A stretch of 32,000 nt of DNA from Rhodobacter capsulatus SB 1003 (GCF_000021865.1 NC_014034.1:3510001-3542000), one strand, 5' to 3'; positions 7,247 to 18,520 are shown, numbered from the stretch's first letter. A program made the numbers and translations. Notes: generated by a model from the sequence alone, not told the origin.

Positions 7247-10200
7247 TTACTGTTCGGGCACCAGGATTTCGCGCTTGCCCACATGGTTGGCGGGCGTCAC
7301 CACGCCCTGCTCTTCCATCTGTTCCACCAGCCGCGCCGCCTTGTTGTAGCCGATGCCCAGCTTGCGCTGGATATAGGAGGTGGAGCATTTGCGATCCTTG
7401 ATCACGATCGCCACCGCGGTATCGTAAAGCGCATCTTCCGCATCGTTGCCGCTGCTGCCCAGACCCAGAACCGCATCGATATCCGAGGCCGCTTCCTCGT
7501 CCGGCCCCTCGACCACGCCCGACATGTATTCGGGCGGCCCGAAGCTCTTCAGATGGCTGACGATTTCCTCGACTTCCTCGTCGGAGACAAAGGGCCCGTG
7601 GATCCGGGTGATGCGCGCACCATTGCCCATGTAAAGCATGTCGCCCATGCCCAGAAGCTGCTCGGCCCCCTGCTCGCCCAGAATCGTGCGGCTGTCGATC
7701 TTGGACGTGACCTGGAAGGAAATCCGGGTCGGGAAGTTCGCCTTGATCGTGCCGGTGATGACATCGACCGAGGGCCGCTGCGTCGCCATGATCAGGTGAA
7801 TGCCCGAGGCCCGCGCCATCTGCGCAAGCCGTTGAATGCAGGCCTCGATCTCCTTGCCCGCCACCATCATCAGGTCGGCCATCTCGTCGACGATGACGAC
7901 GATATAGGGGAAGGGCCGGGGCTGGAATTCCTCGGTTTCAAAGACGGGCTCGCCGGTGTCCTCGTCAAAGCCGGTCTGCACGGTGCGCTTGAACATCTCG
8001 CCGCGCTCCATCGCCTCGCGGACGCGGCCGTTGTAGCCCTCGATGTTGCGCACGCCCATCTTCGACATGCGGCGATAGCGCTCCTCCATCTCGCCGACGA
8101 CCCATTTCAGCGCCACGACGGCCTTTTTCGGATCGGTGACGACCGGGGAAAGCAGATGCGGAATGCCGTCATAGACCGAGAGTTCCAGCATCTTCGGATC
8201 GATCATGATCAACCGGCATTCCTCGGGCGAAAGCTTGTAAAGCAGCGACAGGATCATCGTGTTGATCGCCACCGATTTCCCCGAACCCGTCGTCCCCGCG
8301 ATCAGCAGGTGGGGCATCTTCGCCAGGTTCGCCACCACGGCCTCACCGGCGATGTCCTTGCCCAAGGCCAGCGGCAGCCGCATGTTGCTGTCGCCGAAAT
8401 CGCGCGCCGACAGGATTTCCCGCAGCACCACCTTTTCGCGATGCGCATTGGGCAGTTCGATCCCGATCACCGAACGCCCGGGCACGGTCGAAACCCGCGC
8501 CGACAGCGCCGACATCGACCGCGCGATGTCATCGGCCAGACCGATCACCCGGCTGGCTTTCAGCCCTGGCGCCGGTTCCAGCTCATACATGGTGACGACC
8601 GGACCGGGCCGGACCGAGACGATCTCGCCCTTCACGCCGTAATCGTCGAGCACGCTTTCCAGCATGCGGGCGTTTTCTTCCAGCGCCTCGTCGGACAGCT
8701 GGTGCCGCTTGATCGTGCCCGGATTGGTCAAAAGGCTGAGCGGCGGCACTTCATAGGCGGGCTTTTCGGCCGCATCAAAGCGCAGCGTCGGCTGTTCCTC
8801 GGCGATCGCCTGTTTCGAGGGCGCCACCGGCTTGCGCACCGGCGCCATCACGCGGCGCTCGGGCGCGGGCGGGGCCACGGTCGCGCGCAGCGCCGAGATC
8901 TTCGGCATCGGCGCGGGCTGCGGCAGATCCTCGCCCAGATCGGAAAAGACGTTGCGCTCAAAGGCTTCCTCTTCCCAGCCGTCCCCGGCCGGGACATCCT
9001 CGATCTGACGCGCAGAGGCGATCGGCTGCGACCAGTCCTGTTCCTGCGGCTCGGGCATCGGCGCGGCAGTCATGGCGGGCATCACGGCGGGCGCCGCCAT
9101 CATCGGCGCCGCAACAGGCGTCACGGCGGGGGCGGCGGGGGCGGTGCCGGGCATGTAGCGCGGGCGGGCCTGCAGCGGCGGCTCGACGCGCTTGATCGGC
9201 GCGGGCGGGGTCTTCGGGCCGCGGGCCAGCCGGGCCGAGACCGCCGCCAGAACCGAGGCCGGGGCCTCGGGCTGCGGCGCGGGTTGGGCGGGCAGACGCG
9301 GGGCATAAAGCTCGGGTTCGGCACGCATTTGCGGCGCGGCCATGGGCGCAGCGACCGGAACCGGCGCCGCCACGGGCGCGGGCATCGGCGCGGGGGCCCG
9401 GGTCTTCACCGCATGCTGAATGCGCGCCTTGATCCGGTCTTCCGAGGGGGCGTCGGCCTCGGGCATCGCCCAGGCCTGCACCGGCTCGACCAATTCGGCC
9501 TCGGGCGCGTCATAGATGTCATAGGGGGCATAGGCCGGTTCCGGCTCCACCGGGCGGCGCACCCGCGAGGCGACGGCCGCCCGCACGATATCGGCCCGCT
9601 GCGGCTGCTGACCGGCCTGCCAGTCCTGCTGCACCTGCCAGGCGGCCTGCTGCTGCGCCAGCGCCGCGGCCTGGGCCCGACGTTCGCGCGCCAGCTCGGC
9701 CGCCTCGCGCGCCATCCGCACCGAGGCAGAGGCGCCCTTGCCCAGCGCGGTCATCGCCGCGGCATAGCTTGCCACCGTGCCCAGCATCAGAAACCGGGTC
9801 AGCGCGCCCAGTTCCAGACGGTCGAAGCCGGTGACGAACAGCGTGATCAGCAGCGTCAGCACCGCCATCACCACGGTCATCAGTTTCAGCCCGATCGAGC
9901 CCTCGACCGGCGACAGCCCCAAAAGCGATCCGGCGATCATGTCGCCGAAATTCCCGCCCAGACCATAGGCGCGGCCCCATTCGGCCCCGGGCACCAGAAG
10001 CGCGGCATAGACCGCCGCCACCGCAATGGCGATCGGCAGAAAGACCATCCGGCCGGTCACCCGCTCTTCGCCGCGGTGCAGGATGTGCCGCCCGCCCCAG
10101 ATCGCCAGCGACACCGGCAAAAGCCAGGCGCCGCGGCCGACGATCACGATCAAGGGCGAGGCGATGCCCGCGCCGATCCGGCCCAGCCAGTTCTGCACCG

Positions 10201-10381
10201 GCGCATCCGAAACCGCCATCCAGCTCGGATCTTCCGGCGAATAGGAGGCCAGCATCAGCGTCGCCATCACCGCAAGCGCAAGGAAGACCACGCCCAGCAA
10301 TTCCCGCCCGCGGCGTTCCAGAACGGCCTGCGTGTCCTGATCGAGCAGCGGTTCGCGTTGCCGCGCCTGAAAGGATGCCAT
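7247..10381 (-). CDS. ftsK: DNA translocase FtsK (1044 aa)
   Basis: ORF 7247..10381: N-terminal membrane helices, long Pro/Ala-rich linker, motor domain with Walker A (GTTGSGKS) and [14 protein letters not shown]-terminal gamma domain ([24 protein letters not shown]). GGAGGG Shine-Dalgarno upstream of the ATG. Confidence 0.96.
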   Translation of the reverse strand: MASFQARQREPLLDQDTQAVLERRGRELLGVVFLALAVMATLMLASYSPEDPSWMAVSDAPVQNWLGRIGAGIASPLIVIVGRGAWLLPVSLAIWGGRHILHRGEERVTGRMVFLPIAIAVAAVYAALLVPGAEWGRAYGLGGNFGDMIAGSLLGLSPVEGSIGLKLMTVVMAVLTLLITLFVTGFDRLELGALTRFLMLGTVASYAAAMTALGKGASASVRMAREAAELARERRAQAAALAQQQAAWQVQQDWQAGQQPQRADIVRAAVASRVRRPVEPEPAYAPYDIYDAPEAELVEPVQAWAMPEADAPSEDRIKARIQHAVKTRAPAPMPAPVAAPVPVAAPMAAPQMRAEPELYAPRLPAQPAPQPEAPASVLAAVSARLARGPKTPPAPIKRVEPPLQARPRYMPGTAPAAPAVTPVAAPMMAAPAVMPAMTAAPMPEPQEQDWSQPIASARQIEDVPAGDGWEEEAFERNVFSDLGEDLPQPAPMPKISALRATVAPPAPERRVMAPVRKPVAPSKQAIAEEQPTLRFDAAEKPAYEVPPLSLLTNPGTIKRHQLSDEALEENARMLESVLDDYGVKGEIVSVRPGPVVTMYELEPAPGLKASRVIGLADDIARSMSALSARVSTVPGRSVIGIELPNAHREKVVLREILSARDFGDSNMRLPLALGKDIAGEAVVANLAKMPHLLIAGTTGSGKSVAINTMILSLLYKLSPEECRLIMIDPKMLELSVYDGIPHLLSPVVTDPKKAVVALKWVVGEMEERYRRMSKMGVRNIEGYNGRVREAMERGEMFKRTVQTGFDEDTGEPVFETEEFQPRPFPYIVVIVDEMADLMMVAGKEIEACIQRLAQMARASGIHLIMATQRPSVDVITGTIKANFPTRISFQVTSKIDSRTILGEQGAEQLLGMGDMLYMGNGARITRIHGPFVSDEEVEEIVSHLKSFGPPEYMSGVVEGPDEEAASDIDAVLGLGSSGNDAEDALYDTAVAIVIKDRKCSTSYIQRKLGIGYNKAARLVEQMEEQGVVTPANHVGKREILVPEQ

Positions 10382-10393
10382 GCTGAACCCTCC

Positions 10394-11572
10394 TTACGTG
10401 AACAAGCAGTCGCGCAGCCTGATCAGCCCGCGCCGCGTTTCGTCTTTTGGGGCGACCAAGGCCACCCGGATATAGCCCTTGCCGGGGTTTTCGCCGTTCA
10501 CGTCGCGGGCCAGATAGGCCCCCGGCAGGACACGGACCCCGGTTTCGGTCCACAGCTTCACCGCCGCTTCCTCGCCGTTCTCGACCGGCAGCCACAGGAA
10601 GAAGCCGCCCTCAGGCAGACGGAAGCTGTTGACACCGCTGAAGATTTCCGCGGCATCGGCATATTTCTCCGCATAAAGCGCGCGGTTTTGGATCACATGC
10701 GCCTCATCCGCCCAGGCACGTTCCGAAACGCGCTGAATCGGCTGCGGCAGGGGCGCGCCCGCATAGGCGCGCAGCTGCCTTATGCGCTGCATCGCCTGCG
10801 GACCGGCGGCACAAAAGCCCGACCGCAGCCCCGGCAGGTTCGAGCGTTTCGAGAGCGAATGAAAGATCACCACCCGCTCGGGATCGGTGCCGGTCTCGGC
10901 CGCCACTTCGATTGCCCCGGGCGGCGGGGCATTGCGCCAAAGCTCGGAATAGCATTCGTCGGAAAACAGCCGGAAATCATGCTTTTCCGCCAAGGCGAGC
11001 AGCCGGGCCAGATAGTCGCGACCGGCCACCGAGCCCTGCGGATTGGCGGGCGAGCAGAGATAAGCGATCGTGGTGCGGTCGAGGATCTCGGCGGGCAGGC
11101 TTTCGTAATCGGGCAGGAAGCCGGTCTCCTCGCTCGCCGGAACGAAGACCACCTCGGCGCCCACGGTCGCGGCGGCGACGGCATAGACCTGATAGAACGG
11201 GTTCGGCACCAGAACGACCGGGCGCTTGCCGCGCTTGGTTTCCGGGCAAAGCGCAATCGCGGCGTTGAACAGCCCCTCGCGCGTGCCGTTCAGCACCATC
11301 AGCCGGTTTTGCGCCACATCGACGCCGTAACGCCGCCCCAGCCAGCCGGAAATCGCCGCCAAAAGCGCAGGCGTGCCGTCATTGGCGGGATACTGGCCGA
11401 ATTCCGACAGGCTGGCCGCCAGCACCGGCCCGACGAAATCGGGCATCGGGTGGCGCGGCTCGCCGATCGTCATGGCAACAGGCTCGCCCCCCGGTTTCAG
11501 GTGGTCGAGCAGCGTCCGCAGCCGCGGAAACGCATATTCGGGCAGGTTCGCAAACCGCTCGGGAAACTCCAT
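10394..11572 (-). CDS. Class I/II PLP-dependent aminotransferase (DapC/AlaC-like)
   Basis: ORF 10394..11572: LPEYAFPRLRTLL..., NPANPQG, and HSLSKRSNLPGLRSGF (PLP-lysine motif SKRS). Confidence 0.85.
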   Translation of the reverse strand: MEFPERFANLPEYAFPRLRTLLDHLKPGGEPVAMTIGEPRHPMPDFVGPVLAASLSEFGQYPANDGTPALLAAISGWLGRRYGVDVAQNRLMVLNGTREGLFNAAIALCPETKRGKRPVVLVPNPFYQVYAVAAATVGAEVVFVPASEETGFLPDYESLPAEILDRTTIAYLCSPANPQGSVAGRDYLARLLALAEKHDFRLFSDECYSELWRNAPPPGAIEVAAETGTDPERVVIFHSLSKRSNLPGLRSGFCAAGPQAMQRIRQLRAYAGAPLPQPIQRVSERAWADEAHVIQNRALYAEKYADAAEIFSGVNSFRLPEGGFFLWLPVENGEEAAVKLWTETGVRVLPGAYLARDVNGENPGKGYIRVALVAPKDETRRGLIRLRDCLFT

Positions 11573-11689
11573 CTATGCCTCATCTCCGGGGTCGTTTCGC
11601 CCCGTTTGCGGCAAAACTACCCAAGCTTGTGGGTCACGTCCAGAAAAAGCGCATCTGCTGCGCCAATGGGCGAGCGGGATTGTGACTTT

Positions 11690-13006
11690 TCAGCCAAGCG
11701 CCGCCTCGGCCGCAAGGGCCAGACGGCACAGGGCGGCTTCCTGCATCGGCTTGCCCATCAGGGAAATCCCGCACATCGGCTCGCCCGTGGGCAGTGTCAG
11801 GGCGCACAGGCCGAAGATGTTGGCAATGCGGGTGTTGCGCAGGGCCAGCAGGTTTTCGGCGGCGAAATAGGCCGGATCGGTCAGCAGACGCGCCGCATCG
11901 GGCGGCAGGATCGGCGCGGTGGGGACAAGCACGGCATCATAGCCCGCCACCGCCGCCTGCCAATCGCCGCGCAGCCGCGCCAGCAGATCCCAGGCCTTGA
12001 CGTAATCCGCCGCATTGATCGCCGCCCCGCCGCGAAAGCGCTGCAAGATCACCGGATACATCTTTTCGGGCGCGGCCTCGATCACCTCGGCCCAAAGCCC
12101 GTAAGCCTCGGGGGCGAAAAGAATGCCGGAAAGATCCATCGCCGGTTCCAGCATCGGCAGCACGCGGCGTTCGATCCTTGCACCGGCCTTTTCCAGCCGG
12201 GTCACGGCGGCTTCGAACCCGCGCACCGGGGCTTCGCGCGCCGAGGCAAAGGGCAGCCCGTCCAGCACCAGAAGCCGCGTGCCCGACAGCGTCGACCCGC
12301 GCAGATCGGGGGCGGTACGGCCTTCCAGCGCCGCCAGAACCAGCGCGCAATCCTCGACCGTGCGGGCAAGCGGCCCGACCGTGTCAAAGCGCTTGCACAG
12401 GGGCACGACGCCCGCGGTCGAAACGCGCCCCTGCGTCGTCTTCAGCCCCACCAGATCATTCCAGGCCGCCGGGATCCGCACCGAGCCGCCGGTGTCCGAG
12501 CCCACCGCCGCCGCCGCCAGACCCAGCTTGACCGAGACCGCCGCGCCGGAACTCGATCCCCCCGGCGCCAGACCGGCGGTCACCGCATTCGGCGGCGTCG
12601 CGGTCATCGGATTGATCCCAAGCCCGGAAAAGGCCAGTTCCGTCATGTGGGTCTTGCCCAGACAGACGCTGCCCATCAGCGTTGCCGCCTGCAGCACTTC
12701 GGCATCGGTGTCGGGCACCCGGCCCGCCAGCAGCTGCGATCCCGCCTCGGTCGCAATCCCCGCCGTGTCGAACAGATCCTTCCAACTCAGCGCGACGCCC
12801 TCCAAGGGCCCGCGCGCCAGACCGCCCCGCAGCCGGGTCCGCGCCGCCATCGCCTCGGACCGGGCGCGTTCGGGGGTCAGCCGGGCATAGACGTCGCCGC
12901 GCCCCGCCGCCGCGTCCAGATAGGCCTCGACCATCTCGACAGGATCAAGCCTGCCTTCCGCCATCGCCTGCCCCTGCGTGGCGGCCGACCAGAACCGTTC
13001 CAGCAT
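11690..13006 (-). CDS. Amidase-signature family amidase
   Basis: ATG at 13006 (MLERFWSAATQG...) preceded by GAAGGGGG. SWKDLFDTAG..., GGSSSGAAVSV and GSDTGGSVRIPAA are the amidase signature. The upstream part of track ORF 11690..13375 overlaps the divergent ubiH-like gene. Confidence 0.85.
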   Translation of the reverse strand: MLERFWSAATQGQAMAEGRLDPVEMVEAYLDAAAGRGDVYARLTPERARSEAMAARTRLRGGLARGPLEGVALSWKDLFDTAGIATEAGSQLLAGRVPDTDAEVLQAATLMGSVCLGKTHMTELAFSGLGINPMTATPPNAVTAGLAPGGSSSGAAVSVKLGLAAAAVGSDTGGSVRIPAAWNDLVGLKTTQGRVSTAGVVPLCKRFDTVGPLARTVEDCALVLAALEGRTAPDLRGSTLSGTRLLVLDGLPFASAREAPVRGFEAAVTRLEKAGARIERRVLPMLEPAMDLSGILFAPEAYGLWAEVIEAAPEKMYPVILQRFRGGAAINAADYVKAWDLLARLRGDWQAAVAGYDAVLVPTAPILPPDAARLLTDPAYFAAENLLALRNTRIANIFGLCALTLPTGEPMCGISLMGKPMQEAALCRLALAAEAALG

Positions 13007-13084
13007 CGCAACCCCCTTCGTTTTGCACAGGCTAACGGGCGCACAGGCAATGGACAATCCCGCCGCCCGCGCCATATTGGGCGC

Positions 13085-14311
13085 ATGACACAGGTTCACG
13101 ACGTTCTCATCGCCGGCGGTGGTCTGAATGGCCCCGCGCTTGCCCTTGCCCTTGCGGGCGCGGGCCTTTCCGTCACCGTGATCGACGCCGCCCCCGCGCA
13201 GCGCCGGGCGGACGATGCCTTTGACGGCCGCGCCTATGCGCTGGCGCTGGCGTCGCAGAAATTGCTGGCCGCGCTCGGGCTCTGGCCCGCGGTGGCGGCG
13301 CAGGCGCAGCCGATCAACGACGTCAAGGCCTTCGACGGCCGCCCGGGCGAAGGCGCGGCGCCGTTCTTTCTGCATTTCGACAGCCGCGAGCTGGATCAGA
13401 AGCCGGTCGGCTACATGCTGGAGGACCGTTTCCTCTATCGCGCCTTTCTGGCGGCGATGCAGGCGAACCCCTTGATCACGCTGATTTCCGAAACCTCGGT
13501 CGTGGCGCAGGAGGTCCTGCCCGGATCGATCCGGGTGACGCTTTCAAACGGCGAGAGCCTGTCGGGCCGGGTGCTGATCGGCGCGGACGGGCGCCGCTCG
13601 GGCGTGGCCGAACGCGCCGGGATCGGGCGCGAGGGCTGGGGCTACGGTCAAACCGCCCTTGTCGCCGCGCTGGCGCATGAAAAACCGCATGAGGGCATCG
13701 CCTATCAGCTGTTCATGCCGAACGGGCCGCTCGCCATCCTGCCCTTGACCGGCAACCGCTCCTCGATCGTCTGGAGCGAGACGGACGCCAATGCCGCCGT
13801 GATCGCGACCCTGTCGGACGATGATTTCATGGAACTGGTGCGGCCGCGCTTTGGCGATTTTCTGGGCAGGATCAGCCTGGTCGGGCCGCGCTTCAGCTAT
13901 CCGCTGAACCTGACGCTGGCCAGGGCCTATGCGGCGGACCGGGTGGCGCTGGTGGGCGATGCGGCGCATGGCGTGCATCCGATTGCCGGTCAGGGGCTGA
14001 ACCTGGGCCTGCGCGATGTGGCGGCCCTGGCCGAGGTGCTGATCGGCGCGATGCGGCGCGGCGAGGATATCGGCTCGATCCACACGCTGGAACGCTATCA
14101 GCTGTGGCGCCGCTTCGATGCGACCACGCTCGCGCTGGGCATGGACACGGTCAACAAGCTCTTTTCCAACGACAATCCGATCCTGCGGGCGGGGCGCGAT
14201 CTGGGCATGGGCCTCGTTCAGGCGATCGGCCCGCTGCGCCGCGGCTTCATGCGGCAGGCGGCGGGGCTTGCCGGGCCGCAGCCGAAATTGCTGCAGGGGC
14301 GGCAGATCTAA
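13085..14311 (+). CDS. UbiH/UbiF/VisC/COQ6-family FAD-dependent ubiquinone-biosynthesis hydroxylase
   Basis: ATG at 13085. [24 protein letters not shown] (FAD dinucleotide fold), [30 protein letters not shown]. This is only the last 409 aa of the artefactual 2342-aa track ORF 7283..14311. Confidence 0.87.
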   Translation: MTQVHDVLIAGGGLNGPALALALAGAGLSVTVIDAAPAQRRADDAFDGRAYALALASQKLLAALGLWPAVAAQAQPINDVKAFDGRPGEGAAPFFLHFDSRELDQKPVGYMLEDRFLYRAFLAAMQANPLITLISETSVVAQEVLPGSIRVTLSNGESLSGRVLIGADGRRSGVAERAGIGREGWGYGQTALVAALAHEKPHEGIAYQLFMPNGPLAILPLTGNRSSIVWSETDANAAVIATLSDDDFMELVRPRFGDFLGRISLVGPRFSYPLNLTLARAYAADRVALVGDAAHGVHPIAGQGLNLGLRDVAALAEVLIGAMRRGEDIGSIHTLERYQLWRRFDATTLALGMDTVNKLFSNDNPILRAGRDLGMGLVQAIGPLRRGFMRQAAGLAGPQPKLLQGRQI

Positions 14312-14520
14312 TCGAGCGGCCGGGCCTCGTCGACCAGCATGATCGGAATGCCGCGGCGGATCGGAAAGGCCAGCGCCGCGGCCTTTGACACCAGCTCCTG
14401 CCGCTCGGCATCATAATGCAGCGGCGCCTGCGTCAGCGGACAGACAAGGGCCTCGAGCATGCGGCGGTCGAACCCGCCGCGCTCGGCCTCGGGGACCAGT
14501 TGCGGCAGGCCCTCGGTCAT
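14308..14520 (-). CDS. Trm112-family (UPF0434) small protein
   Basis: [49 protein letters not shown] is the Trm112 pattern. ATG 14520 overlaps the upstream gene's stop (ATGA). An internal Met 20 codons downstream is an alternative start. Confidence 0.75.
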   Translation of the reverse strand: MTEGLPQLVPEAERGGFDRRMLEALVCPLTQAPLHYDAERQELVSKAAALAFPIRRGIPIMLVDEARPLD

Positions 14521-15161
14521 TGCGGACGTTCCTCGATGCCGCCGTGCAGCACGAATTCCATCAGCGTCACCAGGGTTTCGCGCCGGGTCGGCAGGCTGGG
14601 CGCCTCCAGCAGCGCCTGCTTGTCCTCGGGCTCGAAGGGCAGAAGCATCGAGAGCGCGTTGATCAGGAATTCGTCCTCGGCGTCTTTCAGTGCCTCCCAA
14701 TCGGTATCCAGCCCCTGCGTGTGCAGATAGCGGCCCAGCAGGTCCAGAAGCCCGTCGCGGTCGAAGCCGGGGTCATGTTCGGGGGCGCCGATGTCGCGGG
14801 GAAAATCGGTCCAGCCGATCTCGGCGCGGATATAGGGGCAGCTGCCCGCAATCTCGCGCTGCAGCCGGAACCGGGACACGCCCGACAGCGTGATCATGTA
14901 ACGGCCGTCCTCGGTTTCGGAAAAGCCGGTCAGCCGCCCGGCACAGCCGATGGCCGAGAGCTTTTGCGCACCGTCGCGGCCCTTGCAGGGCTGGATCATG
15001 CCGATCAGCCGGTGCGGGGTGGCCATGCAATCTTCGATCATCTGCAGATAGCGCGGTTCGAAGATATGCAGCGGCAGCCGCCCCCGGGGCAGCAAAAGCG
15101 CCCCCGGAAGCGGGAAGAGCGGGATCTGGGCAGGCAGGTCACTGGGTTTGATCATCCGCAT
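14517..15161 (-). CDS. LON-peptidase substrate-binding (LON N-terminal, PUA-like) domain protein
   Basis: [33 protein letters not shown] ... [27 protein letters not shown] is the typical LON_substr_bdg pattern. ATG at 15161 or 15155. Confidence 0.8.
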   Translation of the reverse strand: MRMIKPSDLPAQIPLFPLPGALLLPRGRLPLHIFEPRYLQMIEDCMATPHRLIGMIQPCKGRDGAQKLSAIGCAGRLTGFSETEDGRYMITLSGVSRFRLQREIAGSCPYIRAEIGWTDFPRDIGAPEHDPGFDRDGLLDLLGRYLHTQGLDTDWEALKDAEDEFLINALSMLLPFEPEDKQALLEAPSLPTRRETLVTLMEFVLHGGIEERPQ

Positions 15162-15181
15162 CAGATAGCCCGCCCCCGCCG

Positions 15182-16093
15182 TCAGGCAAATATCATCGAC
15201 GACAAACGCCGCCGCCCTTTGACCACGATCGGATCGGCGGGCTTGAGGCTGTCGAAGATGGTGAAAAGCTGGGTCTTCGCCGCGCCCTCGTTCCACTCGC
15301 GGTCGCGGCGGAAAAGCTCCAGCAGCTCTTCGACCGCCTCTTCGACCTGCCCCGCCGCATGCAGCGCGGTGGCGTGATCGAAGCGGGCCTGATGGTCGTT
15401 CGGATCGGCGGCAAGCTTCGCCTTGAGTTCATCGAGCGGCCCGGCCTTTGCCGCCTGCTTCGCCAAGGCCAGCTGCGCGCGGGCGGCTTCGACCGGGGCC
15501 GCCGTCGCGATCTTGGCCGGCGCCCCCGCCAGGATCAGTTCCGCCTGATCGAGATTGCCCGCCGCCAGATGCGACCGCACGAGGCCGCCATAGGCTTCGG
15601 CATTCTCGGGCTCTTCGCCCAGGATCGCGGCGAAGGTCTCGGCGGCATCAACCGCCGCGCCTTCGGCGAGCATTTCTTCCGCCGCGGCCAGGGCCTCGCC
15701 CAGACCGCCATCGCCCGCAAGCCCCGCCAGCTTCTCGACAAAGGCCTTGACCTGCGAGGCGGGAACGGCGCCCTGGAACATGTCGACCGGGCGGCCCTGA
15801 TAAAAGGCGACGACGGTCGGGATCGATTGCAGGGGCAGGCCCTGCTGCGCCAGCACCTGCGCCAGACGCTGGTTTTCATCGACGTTGATCTTGGCCATCA
15901 CCACGCGCCCCTTGAGCGCGTTGACGGCGGCTTCCAGCTGCGGGCCGAGGGTCTTGCAGGGGCCGCACCAGGGCGCCCAGAAATCGACGATGACCGGCAC
16001 GGCCATCGAGGCATCGACCACCTCGGCCATGAAGGTGGTTTCGGTGACATCCTTGACGAACGTTTGCGCGGGTTTCGTGTCGGTTCCGAACAT
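15182..16093 (-). CDS. Thioredoxin-domain plus TPR co-chaperone (YbbN/CnoX-like)
   Basis: ATG at 16093 preceded by GAGGA. VIVDFWAPWCGPCKTLGP (thioredoxin WCGPC), followed by an Ala-rich TPR-like C-terminal half. Confidence 0.87.
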   Translation of the reverse strand: MFGTDTKPAQTFVKDVTETTFMAEVVDASMAVPVIVDFWAPWCGPCKTLGPQLEAAVNALKGRVVMAKINVDENQRLAQVLAQQGLPLQSIPTVVAFYQGRPVDMFQGAVPASQVKAFVEKLAGLAGDGGLGEALAAAEEMLAEGAAVDAAETFAAILGEEPENAEAYGGLVRSHLAAGNLDQAELILAGAPAKIATAAPVEAARAQLALAKQAAKAGPLDELKAKLAADPNDHQARFDHATALHAAGQVEEAVEELLELFRRDREWNEGAAKTQLFTIFDSLKPADPIVVKGRRRLSSMIFA

Positions 16094-16160
16094 GGAGGTC
16101 CTCATTCTAGTTCTTTGCCCCTATATGCGCCGCCGCCCGGGCCGCGCCAAGGGGCGCCGT

Positions 16161-16949
16161 TCAAAGATCGAATGTCGCAAAGACCGGGGCATGGTCCGAG
16201 GGCTGCTCCCATCCCCGCGCGGCGCGCAGGATGCGGCTGCCATGCGCCGCGCCTGCAATGTCGGGCGTCGCCCAGATGTGATCCAGCCTGCGGCCCTTGT
16301 CGGCGCCGTCCCAATCGGGCGAGCGATAGGACCACCAGGAATAAAGCTGCCCCTCGGGGATATCGGCACGGGTGACATCGACCCAGCCGCCCGCATCTTG
16401 GGCGGCGGCGAGATGCTCGACCTCGATCGGCGTATGCGAGACGATCTTGAGCAGCGCCTTGTGGTTCCAGACGTCGTCCTCGCGCGGCGCAATGTTCAGA
16501 TCGCCGACCAGAATCGCCCGGTCCGGCCGCTGGGCGTGGAAATCGTCACGCATATGGCTGAGGAAATCGAGCTTCTGGCCGAATTTCTCGTTTTCCGCCC
16601 GGTCCGGGATGTCACCGCCTGCGGGCACGTAGAAATTGTGGATGGTGACGCCGTTTTCCAGCCGCCCGGCGATGTGGCGGGCATGGCCAAGATTGGCGTA
16701 ATCGCCCGCCCCCGCCTCGACCATCGGCAGTTTCGACAGGATCGCGACACCGTTGTAGCCCTTTTGCCCGCGCGCGACGTGATAGCGGTAGCCCAGCTCG
16801 GCAAAGGCGGCGAAGGGGATCTTGTCGACCGGGCTCTTGCATTCCTGCAGGCACAGGACATCGGGCGCCTCCTCGGTCATCAGCTTGCACACCAGCGCTT
16901 CGCGCAGGCGGACCGAGTTGATGTTCCAGGTGGCAAGGGTGAAACTCAT
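16161..16949 (-). CDS. xthA: Exodeoxyribonuclease III
   Basis: ORF 16161..16949: MSFTLATWNINSVRLR...VLCLQECK...GYNGVAILSK...GDLNIAPRE...WSYR...RLDHIW...SDHAPV are the ExoIII/AP-endonuclease motifs. Confidence 0.92.
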   Translation of the reverse strand: MSFTLATWNINSVRLREALVCKLMTEEAPDVLCLQECKSPVDKIPFAAFAELGYRYHVARGQKGYNGVAILSKLPMVEAGAGDYANLGHARHIAGRLENGVTIHNFYVPAGGDIPDRAENEKFGQKLDFLSHMRDDFHAQRPDRAILVGDLNIAPREDDVWNHKALLKIVSHTPIEVEHLAAAQDAGGWVDVTRADIPEGQLYSWWSYRSPDWDGADKGRRLDHIWATPDIAGAAHGSRILRAARGWEQPSDHAPVFATFDL

Positions 16950-17036
16950 GGGCAGGCTCCTTTGGGCTGCGCGAGCATCGCCCGGCGCCGCAAAAAGGGC
17001 AAGCCTTCGGGCGGGCCGGTTCCTGCGGACCCCGCC

Positions 17037-18473
17037 TCAGCCCGCCTCGAAGCGAAACAGCGCCAGGGACCGTTCGCGTTCGTTCACCTGCAAGGGCCGG
17101 TTCACCGGGGCATGGGCGCGGGCGGTGCAATCGGCGCGTTCGCACAGATAGCAGTTCAGCCCGATCTCCACCGGCCGGGTGCGGGACAGGTCGATCCCCT
17201 CGGCATAGATCAGCCGCGGCGCATAGGCGACATCGCAGCCCAGCCCGATCGCCAACCGCTGCGCCGGGGCGCCCTGCGTGCCGCCCGCCCGCGTCACCGT
17301 GCGCGCCACCGAAAAATAACTTGCGCCTTCGGGCATGCGGATGACCTGCGTGCGCACTTCCTCCGGGGTCTCGAAAGCGGCATGGATGTTCCAAAGCGGA
17401 CAGGTGCCGCCAAAGCGCGAGAACGGAAACCGCCCGGCGCTGAAGCGCTTCGAGAGATTCCCCGCCCGGTCCACCCGCACGAAAAAGAACGGAATCCCGC
17501 GCGCGCCGTCGCGTTGCAGCGTCGACATCCGATGCGCGGTCTGCTCGAAACTGGTGCCGAAGCGATGCGACAGAAGCTCGACATCGTAGCGGTGCGACTC
17601 GCAGCTGGCCAGAAACCGGCCGTAGGGCATCATCAGCGCGGCGGCGAAGTAATTCGCCAGGCTCACCCGCATCAGCGCCGCCGCCGCCGGATCCTCCAGC
17701 CCCGCCGCAGCGATCAGCCGCGTCAGGATCGGCTCCTGCTCCAGACTGGCCAGCAGCACCCCGATCTGAAAGCGGCGGCTGGCCTGGCCCAGAAGTTCCG
17801 AAAGCAGCAATTCCCGCCGCTCGGGATCATAGCGGCGCAGCTGGCCGCGCATCGCCTCGGCCTGCCCGATCCGCACCGTCACCCCATGCGCCGCCAGCCG
17901 CCCGGTCAGCGCCAGATGCGGCTCGTGCCGGTGCAGGGCCAATTCGTCCGCCAGATCCTCGGCGGCGCGGTCGAGCGCATCGACATGGTTGCGCCGGGCG
18001 TAAAACCAGGCCCGCACCGCCTCGACCGGGCGCGAGGTTTCCCCCAGGGCTTCGACCTTGTCGCGGTCGGTCAGCGGGTTCTCCTCGGCCATCGGCGCCA
18101 GTACGGCGGCCCGATGCGCCGCCTGCAGCCGCACGAAAGCCGCCGCGATCCGGGGCGAGGCCTGCAACACCGCCTCGATCTCGGCGCGGGGCACGGCATC
18201 GGCCCCGGCGGCGGGCGTCTTCAGCGCGGCGGCGAAATCGGAGGCCAGCTGCGCATCCGCGGCGGGCGACAGCTCCGAGATGTTCAGATCATAGACCTCG
18301 GCCAGCCGCATCAGCAGCTTGACCGAGGCGGGGCGCTGATCGGCCTCGATCAGGGTGATGTAACTGGCCGAGACCCCCAGTTCCGCCGCCATCTGCGCCT
18401 GCGTCAGCCCCAAAGACTGCCGCAGCACCTTCAGCCTTTGCCCGATGACCAGCTTTTCCGCCCGTGGCGCCAT
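17037..18473 (-). CDS. ramB: XRE-HTH / ImmA-like peptidase-fold / DUF2083 transcriptional regulator (RamB/ScfR/actinobacterial-PrpR family), divergent from aceBA
   Basis: ORF 17037..18473: N-terminal HTH (IGQRLKVLRQSLGLTQAQMAAELGVSASYITLIEADQRP). Conserved core ANYFAAALMMPY...FFFVRVDRAGNLSKR. C-terminal Cys set (GGTCPLWN, LGCD, CYLCERADC), as in the Fe-S/CoA-sensing family. Paralogue of 26811..28193. Confidence 0.87.
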   Translation of the reverse strand: MAPRAEKLVIGQRLKVLRQSLGLTQAQMAAELGVSASYITLIEADQRPASVKLLMRLAEVYDLNISELSPAADAQLASDFAAALKTPAAGADAVPRAEIEAVLQASPRIAAAFVRLQAAHRAAVLAPMAEENPLTDRDKVEALGETSRPVEAVRAWFYARRNHVDALDRAAEDLADELALHRHEPHLALTGRLAAHGVTVRIGQAEAMRGQLRRYDPERRELLLSELLGQASRRFQIGVLLASLEQEPILTRLIAAAGLEDPAAAALMRVSLANYFAAALMMPYGRFLASCESHRYDVELLSHRFGTSFEQTAHRMSTLQRDGARGIPFFFVRVDRAGNLSKRFSAGRFPFSRFGGTCPLWNIHAAFETPEEVRTQVIRMPEGASYFSVARTVTRAGGTQGAPAQRLAIGLGCDVAYAPRLIYAEGIDLSRTRPVEIGLNCYLCERADCTARAHAPVNRPLQVNERERSLALFRFEAG

Positions 18474-18520
18474 GTGACAATCCTTACAGATTTCCCGCCT
18501 GTCACATGACGAAAGTGACA
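18471..18520. promoter_or_regulatory. Candidate operator in the ramB-aceB intergenic region: inverted repeat CATGTGACA-N20-TGTCACATG plus a third GTGACA
   Basis: Perfect 9-bp arms at 18471-18479 (overlapping the regulator ATG) and 18500-18508, with AGTGACAG at 18514-18521. Lies in the only AT-richer stretch between the divergent genes. Confidence 0.4.

Noticed and set aside
8800-9560. Repetitive Pro/Ala-rich coding stretch ([16 protein letters not shown]...)
   Set aside because: This is the low-complexity linker of FtsK, which is typical for the family. It is not a CRISPR array, tandem-repeat locus or mobile element.
11642-11663. Short hairpin GCGCA-GCAGA-TGCGC followed by TTTTT (minus strand) after the amidase gene
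   Set aside because: The stem is only 5 bp, too weak to list as a terminator with confidence, although its position and T-tract fit one.
7283-14311. Giant 2342-aa plus-strand ORF in the track
   Set aside because: Most of it is antisense to strongly recognisable minus-strand genes (ftsK, aminotransferase, amidase), and its translation is Arg/Gly/His/Pro-rich with no domain-like motifs. This is stop-codon depletion in high-GC DNA. Only the last 409 aa (13085-14311) form a real gene, the UbiH-family hydroxylase.
15885-18509. 874-aa plus-strand ORF, plus similar long ORFs at 24774..25988(-), 26997..28256(+), 28245..30332(-), 30166..31809(-), 1404..2441(+) and 9519..10595(-)
   Set aside because: All are antisense or out of frame relative to confidently identified genes (xthA and ramB-like, nrdD, prp regulator, prpD, prpC, rpoZ/folK, ftsK). 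All show the Arg/Gly/Pro-rich composition typical of wrong-frame translation in high-GC genomes.
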